Shown here in pieces: positions 12,146 through 24,275 of a stretch of 64,000 nucleotides of DNA (its first letter is position 1; every line of letters begins with the position of its first letter). The translations under genes and the position numbers were made by a program. Location of the stretch: assembly GCF_006345805.1 (NCBI RefSeq), contig NC_042999.1, forward strand, positions 70,990,001 to 71,054,000. Direction: 5' to 3'. This stretch comes from Octopus sinensis (taxonomy: Eukaryota). The notes below the pieces were generated by a model. The model was not told the DNA's origin, ran no database searches, and was given only the letters and a program-made list of their open reading frames with translations.

Positions 12146-12567
12146 TATTTCTTTACTGCCCACAAGGGACTACACACAGAGGGGACAAACAAGGACAAAC
12201 AAACGATTCCAGTGCGTAACTGGTACTTAATTTATCGACCCCGAAACGATGAATGGCAAAGTCGACCTCAGCGGAATTTGAACTCAGAACGTAACGGTAG
12301 ACGAAATACCGCTAGGCATTTCATCCGGCGTGCTAATGTTTCTTATTTCTTTATCGCCCACAAGGGGCTAAACATAGAGGGGGCAAATAAGAACAGACAA
12401 ACGGATTAAGTCGATTACATCGACCCCAGTGAGTAACTGGTACTTATTTAATCGACCCCGAAAGGATGAAAGGCAAAGTCGACCTCGGCGGAATTTGAAC
12501 TCAGAACGTAAAGACAGACAAAATACCGCTAAGCATTTCGCCCGGCGTGCTAACGTTTCTGCCAGCT
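12146..12567 (-). mobile_element. Head-to-tail dimer of SINE family A
   Basis: Two consecutive minus-strand copies; imperfect 19-bp TSD CGCGCTCTTAA(A/C)AG(C/T)TTCT at 12127-12145 and 12568-12586. Confidence 0.85.
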
Positions 12568-12904
12568 CGCGCTCTTAACAGTTTCTATGCTACTCGTTTT
12601 CAGCTACCACCTATCAGTCTCATCTAGTGTAATCCGATGGAATGGTTATATAGATGGAAATATCAAATACATTATAATATAAGTGGCTATACCAATAAAA
12701 ACCAAAAAAAAGGTAAAATACATAAATAAAGGTGCAAAATAGCACCTGAAATTGCTAGAAAAAGGAGCTAAAAAGTATAATTCAAATTGCCTCTCACCAA
12801 CCTCAAGATCAGTCAAAATTATTTAACTCTGCATAGACGACCAAATCTGCCAGCTAAAAGACGCACCCAACACCAGAGCTGAAGTCACCTCCGAAAGGTG
12901 GGGC

Positions 12905-13030
12905 CCCGCCACGTCGAAAACGGTTGAGGAGTAGGGACCGAAACTGGACCTGGTTCCTCCTGATGATGTCCTTAGCCACTGGATCCTTTAAAGAAGCTGT
13001 TAAGGTGGCGAACCACGAAACGTGGTTGGA
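12905..13030 (+). ncRNA. Type III hammerhead-ribozyme-like motif, copy 1
   Basis: Helix III CCACGU (12909-14) / ACGUGG (13020-25); C17 = 12915 (GUC); CUGAUGA 12960-66; extended imperfect helix II with GCCAC/GUGGC; GAA 13017-19. Helix I register ambiguous. Confidence 0.5.
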
Positions 13031-13496
13031 ATTCCTCAGATACTGACAACAGGGAATTACTTGCTGACAATCCAGAAACCTGGATAACAAAGCGAAGGTA
13101 CGACAGATGGGCCAAGGGAACCATCTCGTTCATTACGCGCCCTCCTCCTCGATAGTTCAAAGGCTTGTCCCACCAAACAGCTAGCCGGCTCTGGCTGCTA
13201 GAGCTGGAACTAAAACGACTCTGTTGGAAGGTAGGTCTAGAGACGGCGCGGTCAAAACTACGAGCCCTTACTCTCCATTGATCAGCTGAAGCTTAGACAG
13301 TGTCACCTGGTAGTTAGCTGGTACTAGCTGGTGGAGCCTACCGGCGAGTATTTAAAGGGAAATTTGTCAGGGTGGTCATTTGCCCGCTGACATTTGTTGA
13401 CGCTGCGTCGAAAAAATCCAAAGACCAAAAAGCTAAAGAAAAAAGAAAAAAAATGCACCTGTCACCAGAGCTGAAGACACTTCCGAAAGGGTGGTG

Positions 13497-13620
13497 GGCC
13501 TCACGTCGAAAACTGTAGAGGAGTTGGGCCGAAACCGGATGTAGTTCTTCCTGATGATGTTCTTAGCCACTGGATCCGATTAAGGAGCTGTTGAGGTAGC
13601 GAATCACGAAACGTGGTTAG
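13497..13620 (+). ncRNA. Type III hammerhead-ribozyme-like motif, copy 2
   Basis: Helix III UCACGU (13501-06) / ACGUGG (13611-16); C17 = 13507; helix I GAAAACUGUA / UGUAGUU(C)UUC; CUGAUGA 13551-57; GAA 13608-10. Confidence 0.5.
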
Positions 13621-13934
13621 AATTCCCCCCGGGAATACTTCTTTTTCAGAGTAATCTGTTTCGCAAGAAACACGTGGAGATGCTTTTATGTTATTCGATC
13701 CCCTCTACAAATACCATATTAGCAAGAATTAAAGACACATCGTAACACATTCCAGTGTTTGCTTACGCAGTTTTTGTTATTCGTAAAGCATTGGTTATAT
13801 TTCCGGTGCAGTTAATTATCTCTCTTTGATTTCTCTTTTTTTGCTTTTTAATTGTGTGCTCATTCAACCGTCAATTGCATCGAACATAGCTATTAAACCG
13901 TCTTGTTTTTAGCAGCTTAATAAATGGCAAAATA

Positions 13935-14320
13935 AATTAATGTTTCGGCCAGGATTCCCTGATTAGGTGTATTTCACAAGGCTTTTTACAGTTTTTATTA
14001 TAACCTCACTCTTTTAAGTGATCGAGTGCAATACTAGTTGTTGAACTTCATTCCATACAGATTATTGCTACTGTACTGGAGTAAACATCGCAGATTCTTT
14101 TTAAGATTGGCGAAGCTTAATGTGTATCGTCAAGCGCTGTACGACACATGTATTCACCTTCACGATGAATCTTTTTCACATGAAATATTCTGCCAAGAAT
14201 ATTTCAATCCTGCCAAACGTTGTTTACATGATAATGTTCATAGAAAAAAAATTAGAAGATTTTGTTAAATGCTTACGCTGGAGGGCCTTCCTATTTGGCT
14301 GTGAGTTACGAATAACAGCT
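13935..14320 (+). mobile_element. Penelope-like element fragment (terminal repeat plus ORF N-terminus)
   Basis: KYSAKNISILP...FIEKKLEDFVKCLRWRAFLF resembles the recalled N-terminal motif of invertebrate PLE ORFs; decayed inverted hammerhead-type string TGTTTCGGCC...GATTAGG near 13942. Confidence 0.55.
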
Positions 14321-14499
14321 ATTGGAATTTTAATGAAAAATAGTCAGTCAAGGGTTGCATCCTGTACATATTTCTTCTGCTTTTGTCTCATTAATAATGT
14401 CTGATAACAACCCGTCTTAGCTAAAACATGATAAACAATAGAATATATTAAAAGCAACTCAGAATACCAATTTATGAAATATAGATATCCTTTTCTACT

Positions 14500-14625
14500 C
14501 TTTATCGATCCTGAAAGGATGAAAGGCAATGTCGGCCTCGGCGGAATTTGAACTCAGAACGTAAAGACAAAATACCACTGAGCATTTCGCCCGGCATACT
14601 AACGATTGTACCAGCTCGCCACCTT
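14500..14625 (-). mobile_element. SINE family A, 5' half
   Basis: Reverse complement of the SINE A head, including the B-box. Confidence 0.8.
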
Positions 14626-15559
14626 ATGACGAATAGATATCGAATACATATAAAGTTTTGTGAGTTTATGCAAAATTATTGAAACAATGAGGAGCTATCA
14701 AAGTGTAAGATGAAATCGAAATTCATTTCTGCATTCTGAAAATATATTGTTATTGTTGATTATTGAAAATAATACTATGATATTTCAATCAGTTTAGGCA
14801 GTTATTTTTATGCTTAAACTCCATTATCGATCACACGAAAATAGAAATTCTAAAGAGAGTGGCTGAATACCAAAATTAAGCAACAAAATCTTCACATTGC
14901 TTTTTACAATAATATAATTACAAAAGGCCTTTTTGTTAGGAAACTAAATATGAACTAACTGATATTCTCACGGAACCTACTTTTAAAACTAAATATTTAT
15001 AATTTTTTTCCATACAGTTTTAATTTACAAATATATTAAGAAACTATTCTAGAATGAAAAATAAAAAAAATAAATGAACCACAACCTACTAATGGAGCAC
15101 TAAGATTTTTGTGATGGTGAAAATTTGAAAATGTAGATTTAGATAAAAATTAATGTAACAACAAAATAGTGAGAATAAAAGATCTCTATTTATTTGGAAA
15201 AGAATCTGGCTCAGAAATAAGGCTGTCTGGAAGGAAGTACAGACTTAACTGATTCAGCATTGTTTAATGTTCGAAAAATTTCTCTAATTTCTCTTCTGAA
15301 TTTAAATGAAGTGGAAACATTTTTTAATATGTTCTTTTATTTTTCTTATGAAATGTATCACAGTAGTAGTAACTACATAAAAATACGAGTTTTGTGTTTT
15401 TATACAGTTATTTTATTATCATTATTTTTATATAGCTATTATAACGAGTATCGTATTTTTATGTAGTTATGTAGTGTGTCGTTACCATTGATATTCGTAA
15501 TGATGATAACAATAACAATAATGATAATAATTAGATAGAGACACTAAATTTGTTTGAAC

Positions 15560-15790
15560 AGAAACACTCAAAAGTACTTGGGAGCGGACGAAACTATAAA
15601 GATACAATAAAGAATCGAAAGAGAAAATTAGAAAGGAGTACTGCAAAAGACTGAGAATTATATTGAAATTGAACTCAATGCTAGTAACAAGACAATAAGT
15701 ATAAATACATTAGATTTACCAGTTTTAAACCACAGCTTCAATAGAATAGATTAGAAGTTAAGGGAATTGGAAAAGATTAGACAACACGAG
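15560..15790 (+). mobile_element. R4/Dong-type LINE RT fragment
   Basis: KYLG...IRKEYCKRLRIILKIELNASNKTISINTLDLPVL across frames, homologous to ~57430-57600; preceded by an AAT-rich tract. Confidence 0.65.
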
Positions 15791-15809
15791 CTGTTCAAAG
15801 TAACGAACA

Positions 15810-16230
15810 GCTGAATTCCTTAATCCCCTTAATCACATTTTTTAAAGAAATTCTACCCTGTTTAAGAAGTCACGTCCAATATCTTTACCACTTCTTTCAA
15901 CATTCTGGAAGTCTCTGATTCCGTAGGCTACTCAAACCTCACCTTTATCATCCATCTGTTCTCATTCCATCTCGTCTTCACTTCATCAGCCTACTGAAAA
16001 CTTGGCCTCCAATACTCCCAACACCTTCGTTCAAAGTCAGAATCATGATTGCAGAGGCGCCTCTACCACCTGCACTGTCTCTATTGCCTCTACCGGCTAT
16101 ACCACCTCCTCTACCGCTTCTACCGCCATGACTAATTTGAAACCCAGCATCAACGTATAATCCGTTTACACGACACAGGTACCACAAAACAGTAGTCGAC
16201 CACAAAACAGAACCGAAACTTAAAATTTCT
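15810..16230 (-). mobile_element. Possible LINE 5' end / ORF1-like remnant (Gly/Arg-rich)
   Basis: Broken ORF with GGRSGRGGGIAGRG followed by multiple stops; family not identified. Confidence 0.25.
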
Positions 16231-16340
16231 AAGAAAATTAAAATTCATCTTATATAGTGGCGTTTTCAAACTTCTTTTTTATAAATATATACCCACTCGT
16301 ATACCACCTACACTTATTATAAATACATACATACATACAT

Positions 16341-16379
<39 letters not shown>

Positions 16380-16387
16380 CATACACA

Positions 16388-16451
<64 letters not shown>

Positions 16452-17035
16452 ATGTATTACGTGAACCAGTCCGATCGATCCTATAAAAAATTTTGTGGAA
16501 CTACGAGATTTGAAAGTTAACGAAAATATGATTAATTATGTAAAGGTCACGATAATTACACCAGTTTTACCTACCATGATATTAATTTAAAGTTATGTCA
16601 ATATGTCCAGTTTAAAATGTACATGGCCATAGACACAACACAAGAAAAGCTGTGGTTCCTTTCCTTAGTAGTATAATGTTGCTTTCCTTTCTGCTGAACT
16701 TTGTAATATAAAAATTACTTTGGATGGTATATTAGAAGAACAATGTGCTGGCATGACGATTCTTGACCTTGCACTGCATCACTATTAATATTTTCCAACC
16801 ACCACATAGCTCATAGCATTTTGATGTGCTATGCACTTGTGGCAATTTATGAGAAACCGCTGTAAATTATAGTTTTACTTTTTGCTCTCACTATATATAG
16901 TTTGCTTAATTTGTATCGCTAAAAAATCATAGTTGAACGACAAGAAAACCATTCATTTTTCCTTTCTAAGTCGTTGAAATGTCAATCCAGGCAGGTAAGC
17001 TATGAAAAATTGCCACAATGTGAGGGTAATAGCAT

Positions 17036-17062
17036 AGACGACGATGGTGATGATAATGATGG

Positions 17063-17119
<57 letters not shown>

Positions 17120-17160
17120 CGACGACGACGACAACGACGAAGGTGGTGACAATGACGGTA
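17036..17160. repeat. (GAT)n/(GAC)n triplet repeat
   Basis: Directly visible. Confidence 0.95.
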
Positions 17161-18427
17161 ACGACAATGTGACAGGTGGTGTCTCGAATGATGTAAATGG
17201 AGATGCTGATGGGAATAATGATGGCTGCTTGTTCATCAAGTCAATATCTGATTATAAAATGAAACAAAACCCGAACTTTTAATTCGTTGATATCCAAAGG
17301 GAAAATTAGGCGCCACTGTGTGTGACAAAGCTTCACCTCTGAATTATCGGTAGAGTCCACGCATTCAGAATCTGCCTACTCAATGTTAATTAGAAGGCTT
17401 TGGATCAATCCAAGGCTAATTTAGAAACCACTGGCTCAAAGTGTCTTTCGTTGAGATCGACACAAATACATCCAATAAAGAAATACACTTTCTAATCAGT
17501 AACGAGTAGTTACTCATTTTGCAAAGGCATACATACAAACATATATGTTGGTGTCATATTTTTTCGTAGATATTTCAAAGAATATATATTTTATCTTTTA
17601 TCTTCTACTTGTTTCAGCCCTAATACTTATTGTTTTTTTTAAAACGTGGCACCCATTCTTACGTCACTTTTGCCGAATCGCTACCAGAACGGAAATAAAC
17701 TAACACCAATTTTTCAAGCAGTGGTGGGGACCAATCACACACAATCACACACACACACACACAAAACAACCCTTCATACACAGCTAACAACAACTTTTCT
17801 CCAAAGATTTCCTGAGGAGGGATCTGAGCCTTGAAACACTGAAATACGAGGCAAAACCACCAACCTATAACATTTTTATATTTTGCATTGTTTTAGCTTC
17901 AGAAAGAAATGCATTTAACACACATACATACATACGCACACACCCACGCATACGCTCACAGACATGTAGGTGTAGCATATATGTATATATATATATATAT
18001 GCTAATATACTTACATGTACTTTTATATGTACATATATATAGATATGCATGTATATATAGCATTAAGTTTGCAACCATTAAAGCGAATATACAGGCTCAA
18101 GTAACCATATAATTCGTATATAGCTCATAAACACATGCACACATATGTGCTCACTCGAACATATAAGCATACATACGCTCGTATCTAAGCATTGAAAAAA
18201 TAATTTTTTTACAACTATTACAATGTCTAATTTGCATGCAATCATGCGATCTTACCACCATGTTTCAATGGTAATGCACTATCGCAAACCGGCCGTGAAA
18301 TTATTATCAAAATCACTGTAATTATACGGTTGACTGACACATCAAATAGCATCCCCACTCATTCCATATTGTTCTAACTTTTTCCTTTATTTTTACTTTT
18401 TCTCACCTACACACACACACACACACA

Positions 18428-18465
<38 letters not shown>

Positions 18466-18701
18466 CAATTCTATTCTCTTTATTCAGTCAAACAAAATAC
18501 ATGCAACAATCACATGCTCACATACATACGCGTGAATTCGTGTGTTCGGTGCTGAAAGCACACTAACAAGCACGTCATACGTACATACATACATGCATAC
18601 ATACATACATATTACATACATAATACTTACATACGTACATACATACATAAACATATATATAAATAAAAATATATATATATATATCTATATCTATTTTTTT
18701 A

Positions 18702-18747
<46 letters not shown>

Positions 18748-18762
18748 GTGTGTGTGTGTGTG

Positions 18763-18797
<35 letters not shown>

Positions 18798-18836
18798 CGT
18801 ACATGTATGTATGCATGTATTTATACACACACATAT

Positions 18837-19055
18837 CCTTTACTTGTTTCAGTCATTGGACTGCCAACATTCTAGGGCACCAGTTCGAAGGGGGTTAAGT
18901 CAAACAAATCGACATCACTGCTTATGTTTAAACCTGGTACTTATTCTATTGGCTTCCTTTTACCGAAGCGATAAGTTATAGGGACGTAAATAAATCGACA
19001 TCGGTTTTCAAGCGGTGTTGGGAGACAGACACAAACACAAAGACACCCATGCACA

Positions 19056-19089
<34 letters not shown>

Positions 19090-19238
19090 GCATACATGCA
19101 CGCGCGCGCACATACACACACACACTCACACACGCACACATATGACGAGCTTCTTTCAGTTTCTATCTGCCAAATTCGCTGACAAGTCTTTGGTCGGCCC
19201 GGGTCAATAACAGAAGACACGTGCTCAAGGTACCACAC
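18837..19238 (-). mobile_element. SINE family B with internal (CA)n tract
   Basis: Tail TACTTGTTTCAGTCATTGGACTG, internal CA repeat and head portion GACGAGCTTCTTTCAGTTTC; same layout as 32885-33330. Confidence 0.8.
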
Positions 19239-19241
19239 AAA

Positions 19242-19712
<471 letters not shown>

Positions 19713-19719
19713 ATTATTA

Positions 19720-19767
<48 letters not shown>

Positions 19768-19852
19768 TATTATTATTATTATTATTTTATTATTATTATT
19801 ATTATATTATTATTATTATTATTATTATATTATTATTATTATTATTATTATT

Positions 19853-21065
19853 CTGTGTTTGACTTTTGCTTTATGTTTGTACAAGTTGGCTCCAAGTCTC
19901 ACCCAGAGACCTCAAGAGACAACAGATTGGAAGTTCACGTTGTTGTTATGCCTAGTGTGCCATATATTCGGGTTTGTTTTTGGTGTTGTACTAGTGAATG
20001 TCTAATAAATAAATAAAAAAAGGGTTTGTTTTAAACCTTGAGATTACATAGAGAGTATTTTGCATAGGATATGAGCAGTTCCCATGAGCACTATCTTTTG
20101 AATTTCTGCCATTTTGGGGTTTCCTGGTATCTCAGTTAGGTAGCAATCAGCCCCTTTCGCTATCATTCTCAGGGCACCTATGACAACAGGTATTGTTTTA
20201 GTCTTCAGGTTCCACATTTTGCTGATTTCTATTTCAAGATCTTTATATTTGCTCAGTTTTTGGTAGGTCTTGACAGATACGTTTATATCGATTGGGACAG
20301 TCATATCAACGAGGAGGCATGTTCTTTGTCTGAAGTCTTTCAATATGATGTCTGGCCTGTTTGCATCTATCTTTCTGTCAGTTTGAATGGTGAAGTTCGA
20401 GAGGAGTGAGATGTGGTCATTTTCAAGCACTGAAGGTGGATTGTGTTCCCACCAGTTTTTTTCATGGGGCAAATCCAGGTTTTTGCAAATTACCCAGTGA
20501 ATATATTGTGCAGCTCTATCATGCCTGTTGAGGTACTCTGTAGGCGCTAGAAGACTGCACTTGGAGACAACATGATCAATGGTTTCATTTTGTTGTCGAC
20601 ATACATGACATGTTGGGCTACTGCCGTTCTTTAATATGTTGGCCTGGTAGTTTCTTGTTGGTAGGCATTGATCTTGAGCTGCTATGATAAACCCCTCTGT
20701 TTCAGATTTTAAGCCAGAGGCCATTAGCCATTGATGGGTCAGGGCTTTGTCAATATCTGCATTATTCGCTCTCTTTGGGTATTTGCCATAGAGAGATTTT
20801 TCTTGCCATTTATTATTCAGAATATCTAAGGCCGCAGTTTTGGCATGGGTTTTCATGCGCTTAGCTTTTTCTGTGCTTGTTTCTTGTATGACTATCTCTA
20901 ATTCCGAAATTTGTTGTATTCGGAATTCACTTAGATATTCCTTGGCTTGTTTTGTTACTGAGTATGATGCTTTCCTGTTTTCATGTTTTGAGACAAGTTT
21001 TAACATCCAGTCCTCAAACTTTTTCAGGTAGGTGTCTAGGCCAATTGTAGCAATCTTCATTGTTA
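19853..21065 (-). mobile_element. R4/Dong-clade LINE, 5'-truncated, embedded in (AAT)n
   Basis: Open 3' ORF plus short 3'UTR; ATT/AAT runs at both junctions. Confidence 0.9.
20044..21060 (-). CDS. Uninterrupted C-terminal 338 aa of an RLE non-LTR retrotransposon protein (CCHC knuckle plus PD-(D/E)xK endonuclease)
   Basis: EGFIIAAQDQ; CHVCRQQNETIDHVVSKC; RHD; RPDII...LVDMTVP...K; IPVVIGAL; no stops. Confidence 0.85.
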   Translation of the reverse strand: MKIATIGLDTYLKKFEDWMLKLVSKHENRKASYSVTKQAKEYLSEFRIQQISELEIVIQETSTEKAKRMKTHAKTAALDILNNKWQEKSLYGKYPKRANNADIDKALTHQWLMASGLKSETEGFIIAAQDQCLPTRNYQANILKNGSSPTCHVCRQQNETIDHVVSKCSLLAPTEYLNRHDRAAQYIHWVICKNLDLPHEKNWWEHNPPSVLENDHISLLSNFTIQTDRKIDANRPDIILKDFRQRTCLLVDMTVPIDINVSVKTYQKLSKYKDLEIEISKMWNLKTKTIPVVIGALRMIAKGADCYLTEIPGNPKMAEIQKIVLMGTAHILCKILSM

Positions 21066-21389
21066 TTATTATTATTTCTTTCCAAATACGCACATATATC
21101 ATGTATATGTGTGTGTATGTATACATAGATATATATACATACATTCACACACACACACACATACATATTAAGGGTAGTGAAAAGTAATGTCGCATCAAAA
21201 ATATATTTATTCCTTCAAAATATAATCGCCATCATTAGCAATAATATTTTCCCACTTCGAAACCAGTTTTCTATTTCTTCGCTAAAACAAGAAAAAAATA
21301 CAGAAGAAAAAAATGAGTTCCTTAAGAAGAGAAAAATATTTGGAGTGCTCTTTTCGACATCATTCTTACATGAGAATATTTTTATTTGG

Positions 21390-22130
21390 TAAAGTTTTCA
21401 AGTAACCTGAGTAAGTGAAAACCTGATGGTGCTAGGTCTGGTGAGTAGGGATGGTGAGGTAGAGTTCCCAAGCCACATGAACGTATTTTCGTTCAATGTC
21501 ACTCTTTCTGCTGAATGGAGCTGATTCCGTCTTGAGCGAAACTTAGTGGATATGTCCAAGCTGATTTCAATAAAGTTTTGTGGTGAAGCTTTTCCCTTGT
21601 CTCAGTAATTCGAAGCGAACAATACCGATTGTGTACCTCAAAATTTTGGGTTGTAAATCCAGTTTGGATGATAGAACTGGATTTTCATTTGATAATAGTC
21701 ATCGTTCCTTATGTTTTTTTTTTGCTGATATAGACTAGCCATTTCTTATCTTTTACAATTCGATTAAAATGTTTACTAATTATTGAACGCACCACGAAGT
21801 TTTTGGTTCAAGCAACACATGAAGTACTCTCGCCCCCTCTCTTGAGATAATCTTGCACCGTTAACCGAGGTATAAGCTGATATGGCTTCTCTTGAATTGT
21901 TGCTTTTACTGCATTATTATTGACACTGGTCGTTCTTCCTGATTGATACCTATCCAAACGATCTAAATCATTTTTCTTGATATTGTTAAATCACTTTTGG
22001 CATTTCCGAACGCTCATCCCATCAGGATAGTAAGTGTTTTTTCCTTGCAAACGTGATATTTTTGCCCTTACGAAATTCTTAAAGCATGTAATGCCGAATA
22101 TGCCGCTCACTAAAATCTGTCTTCCATGGG
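21390..22130 (-). mobile_element. Highly degraded mariner transposase pseudogene
   Basis: Minus strand retains decayed mariner features (MED... start, a W.V motif, remnant of the HPxYSPDLAPSxF region at ~21420-21460); many stops. Confidence 0.6.
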
Positions 22131-22309
22131 CGGTCAGATAGAGAGCATATACACACAGCGCGTGTCCAATTTAATGTTTGATCATTAACTGCATGTTGAT
22201 TGATTGATTGCAAGAACACCTTTTATTGGCTTGTAATCTATTTGTGATACGAAATCAGACGATTTGCATGAAAATACATTACTTTTCGGTATTCCTAATA
22301 TATAAAGAA

Positions 22310-22822
22310 CTAGCAGTATCGCCCGGCGTTGCTCGGGTTTGTAAGGGAAATAACTATATAAGCATTTTTAGAGAGTTACTTCCCTTATAGATGCCAATTC
22401 GGGCTTTCTTAGCCATTTCTGTTTTGGTGTCTTCAAGCCATGAAGTCGTTGTTCTAAAAGAACGCTGGTCTCCTTGACAACGCTTTACGACGTTGATTTC
22501 CTTACACTCCCTTCCCCACAGCTTCACGAGGGAGGGAAGAAGGGGGAGAAGCAAACAGGTGCGGGTGTGACCATGGACGCCAACTCCGCCGCCATCGACA
22601 CACGAAAAATTATGCATTAAAATGGAATGAAAAATGATGTTAAATTATTTTAAAAATCGTAGACTCATTGTAGACGCGCGCTAATACTCAGACGGGCTCG
22701 ATATGAATCACGACTATAAGATACCCGAATTTGGTTAAACTGCACCGCAAAATGTGGGAGTAGTTAGGAATCTAAATGGAAGGGGACAGACACTCACACA
22801 ACTACAGTTTTATATATATAGA
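22310..22822 (-). mobile_element. Non-autonomous Helitron (513 bp)
   Basis: Minus strand begins TC (22822-21) after A and ends CTAG (22310) before T; subterminal hairpin CCCG AGCAACGC CGGG (22322-22337). Confidence 0.85.
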
Positions 22823-23075
22823 TAAAAGTCAGATAAACAAAAGTAGGCGCAAGGTGTATATTTACCTGGAAATTTGCATATACAAATTCATTTATTCATT
22901 TGTATACGCAACTTGTAAATACACTTTTGATGCTTACTTTTTACCTTTTTTTAAATTCCCATACCCGCTCGATCATTTTTATAGCCGATTTCTACACCGG
23001 AGCTACCTATTCTAGTCGAAGAAATTGTTATCTGAGCACTACTTGGTGAGTGTCTATATTACGCTTATTCTTCTT

Positions 23076-23153
<78 letters not shown>

Positions 23154-23213
23154 ATATATATATGTATATATATATATATTATATATATATATTATAATAT
23201 ATATATATTATAT

Positions 23214-23284
<71 letters not shown>

Positions 23285-23994
23285 CACACGCATACACACG
23301 TACATATATCTCGATTATAATTAGAGGTTATAAATACACTGCAGAGCATCTTTACGTTGTCTTTGGTATAACAGAATTATTTTTTAACACATCAACCTAC
23401 ATACGCACCAGAAACTTTCGATGCATTATCCACAATAGATATTAATAATTTAGCATGAGTGACCGAATGTATAAAATATTCGATCAAAAATATTAGAGCG
23501 TAAACTAATAACAATTATGCCGTAAACTCATATCCGGTTATACGCATATTATTTTGTCTTTTATACGTATTTATCATCGAGCTGTCAAGAGCCAGTTTCA
23601 AAACATTTATCTTAGTTACCAGCATTAGTAGATTGGCGTCTTTTTTCACTTAACGCACCAGACACTGGCGTTTAAATAACAACTTAATCCACCTCTGAGA
23701 TTCATGAGTCAATTAACTTAGATACAGGGCCATCAATTTATAGTGAAGATGAATGAAATTGCGTGAGATGTATTTTCTTTTACACTTTAGCTAGTTTCAA
23801 TCATTGGACTAGTGTTTTATAAGGACATTTGATTTTATGGTTAATGTCTGTTTGTACGTACGTACGTATGTATGTATGTATGTATGTATGTATGTATGTA
23901 TGTATGTATGTATGTATGTATAAATATGTGCGCGTATATACACGCATATACATTTATACATACACACACACACACACCACACACACACACACAC

Positions 23995-24044
<50 letters not shown>

Positions 24045-24275
24045 ATATATACACATACACATAAACACCCATTAGGCGCACACACACGTATTTATATGTA
24101 TATATATGTATATGAACTGGAAGAATCGTTAGCATATCGGGAAAAATGCTTAGCAATATTTCGTCTGATTTCAGTTTCTGATTTCAAATTCCGCCGAGTA
24201 TATATATCTATATATTGATATTTAGCAGAAGTAACAGAGTGACTTAAGGTTCGAGATTTTCGCGCGTTGGCACTT

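Larger units (their letters stand above)
12860..13640 (+). mobile_element. Non-coding element with ~165-bp direct repeats 592 bp apart (retrozyme-like or PLE pLTR-like)
   Basis: 12871-13035 aligns with 13463-13626 at roughly 80-85% identity by eye; GC-rich, many hairpins, no credible ORF. Confidence 0.7.

Noticed and set aside
12854-13090. 78-aa minus-strand ORF in the direct repeat
   Set aside because: The frame is broken by stops and indels in the second repeat copy, while the RNA motif positions are conserved.
16974-17282. Acidic poly-Asp ORF (also 8043-8279)
   Set aside because: Translation of a (GAT)n microsatellite with no splice or domain support.
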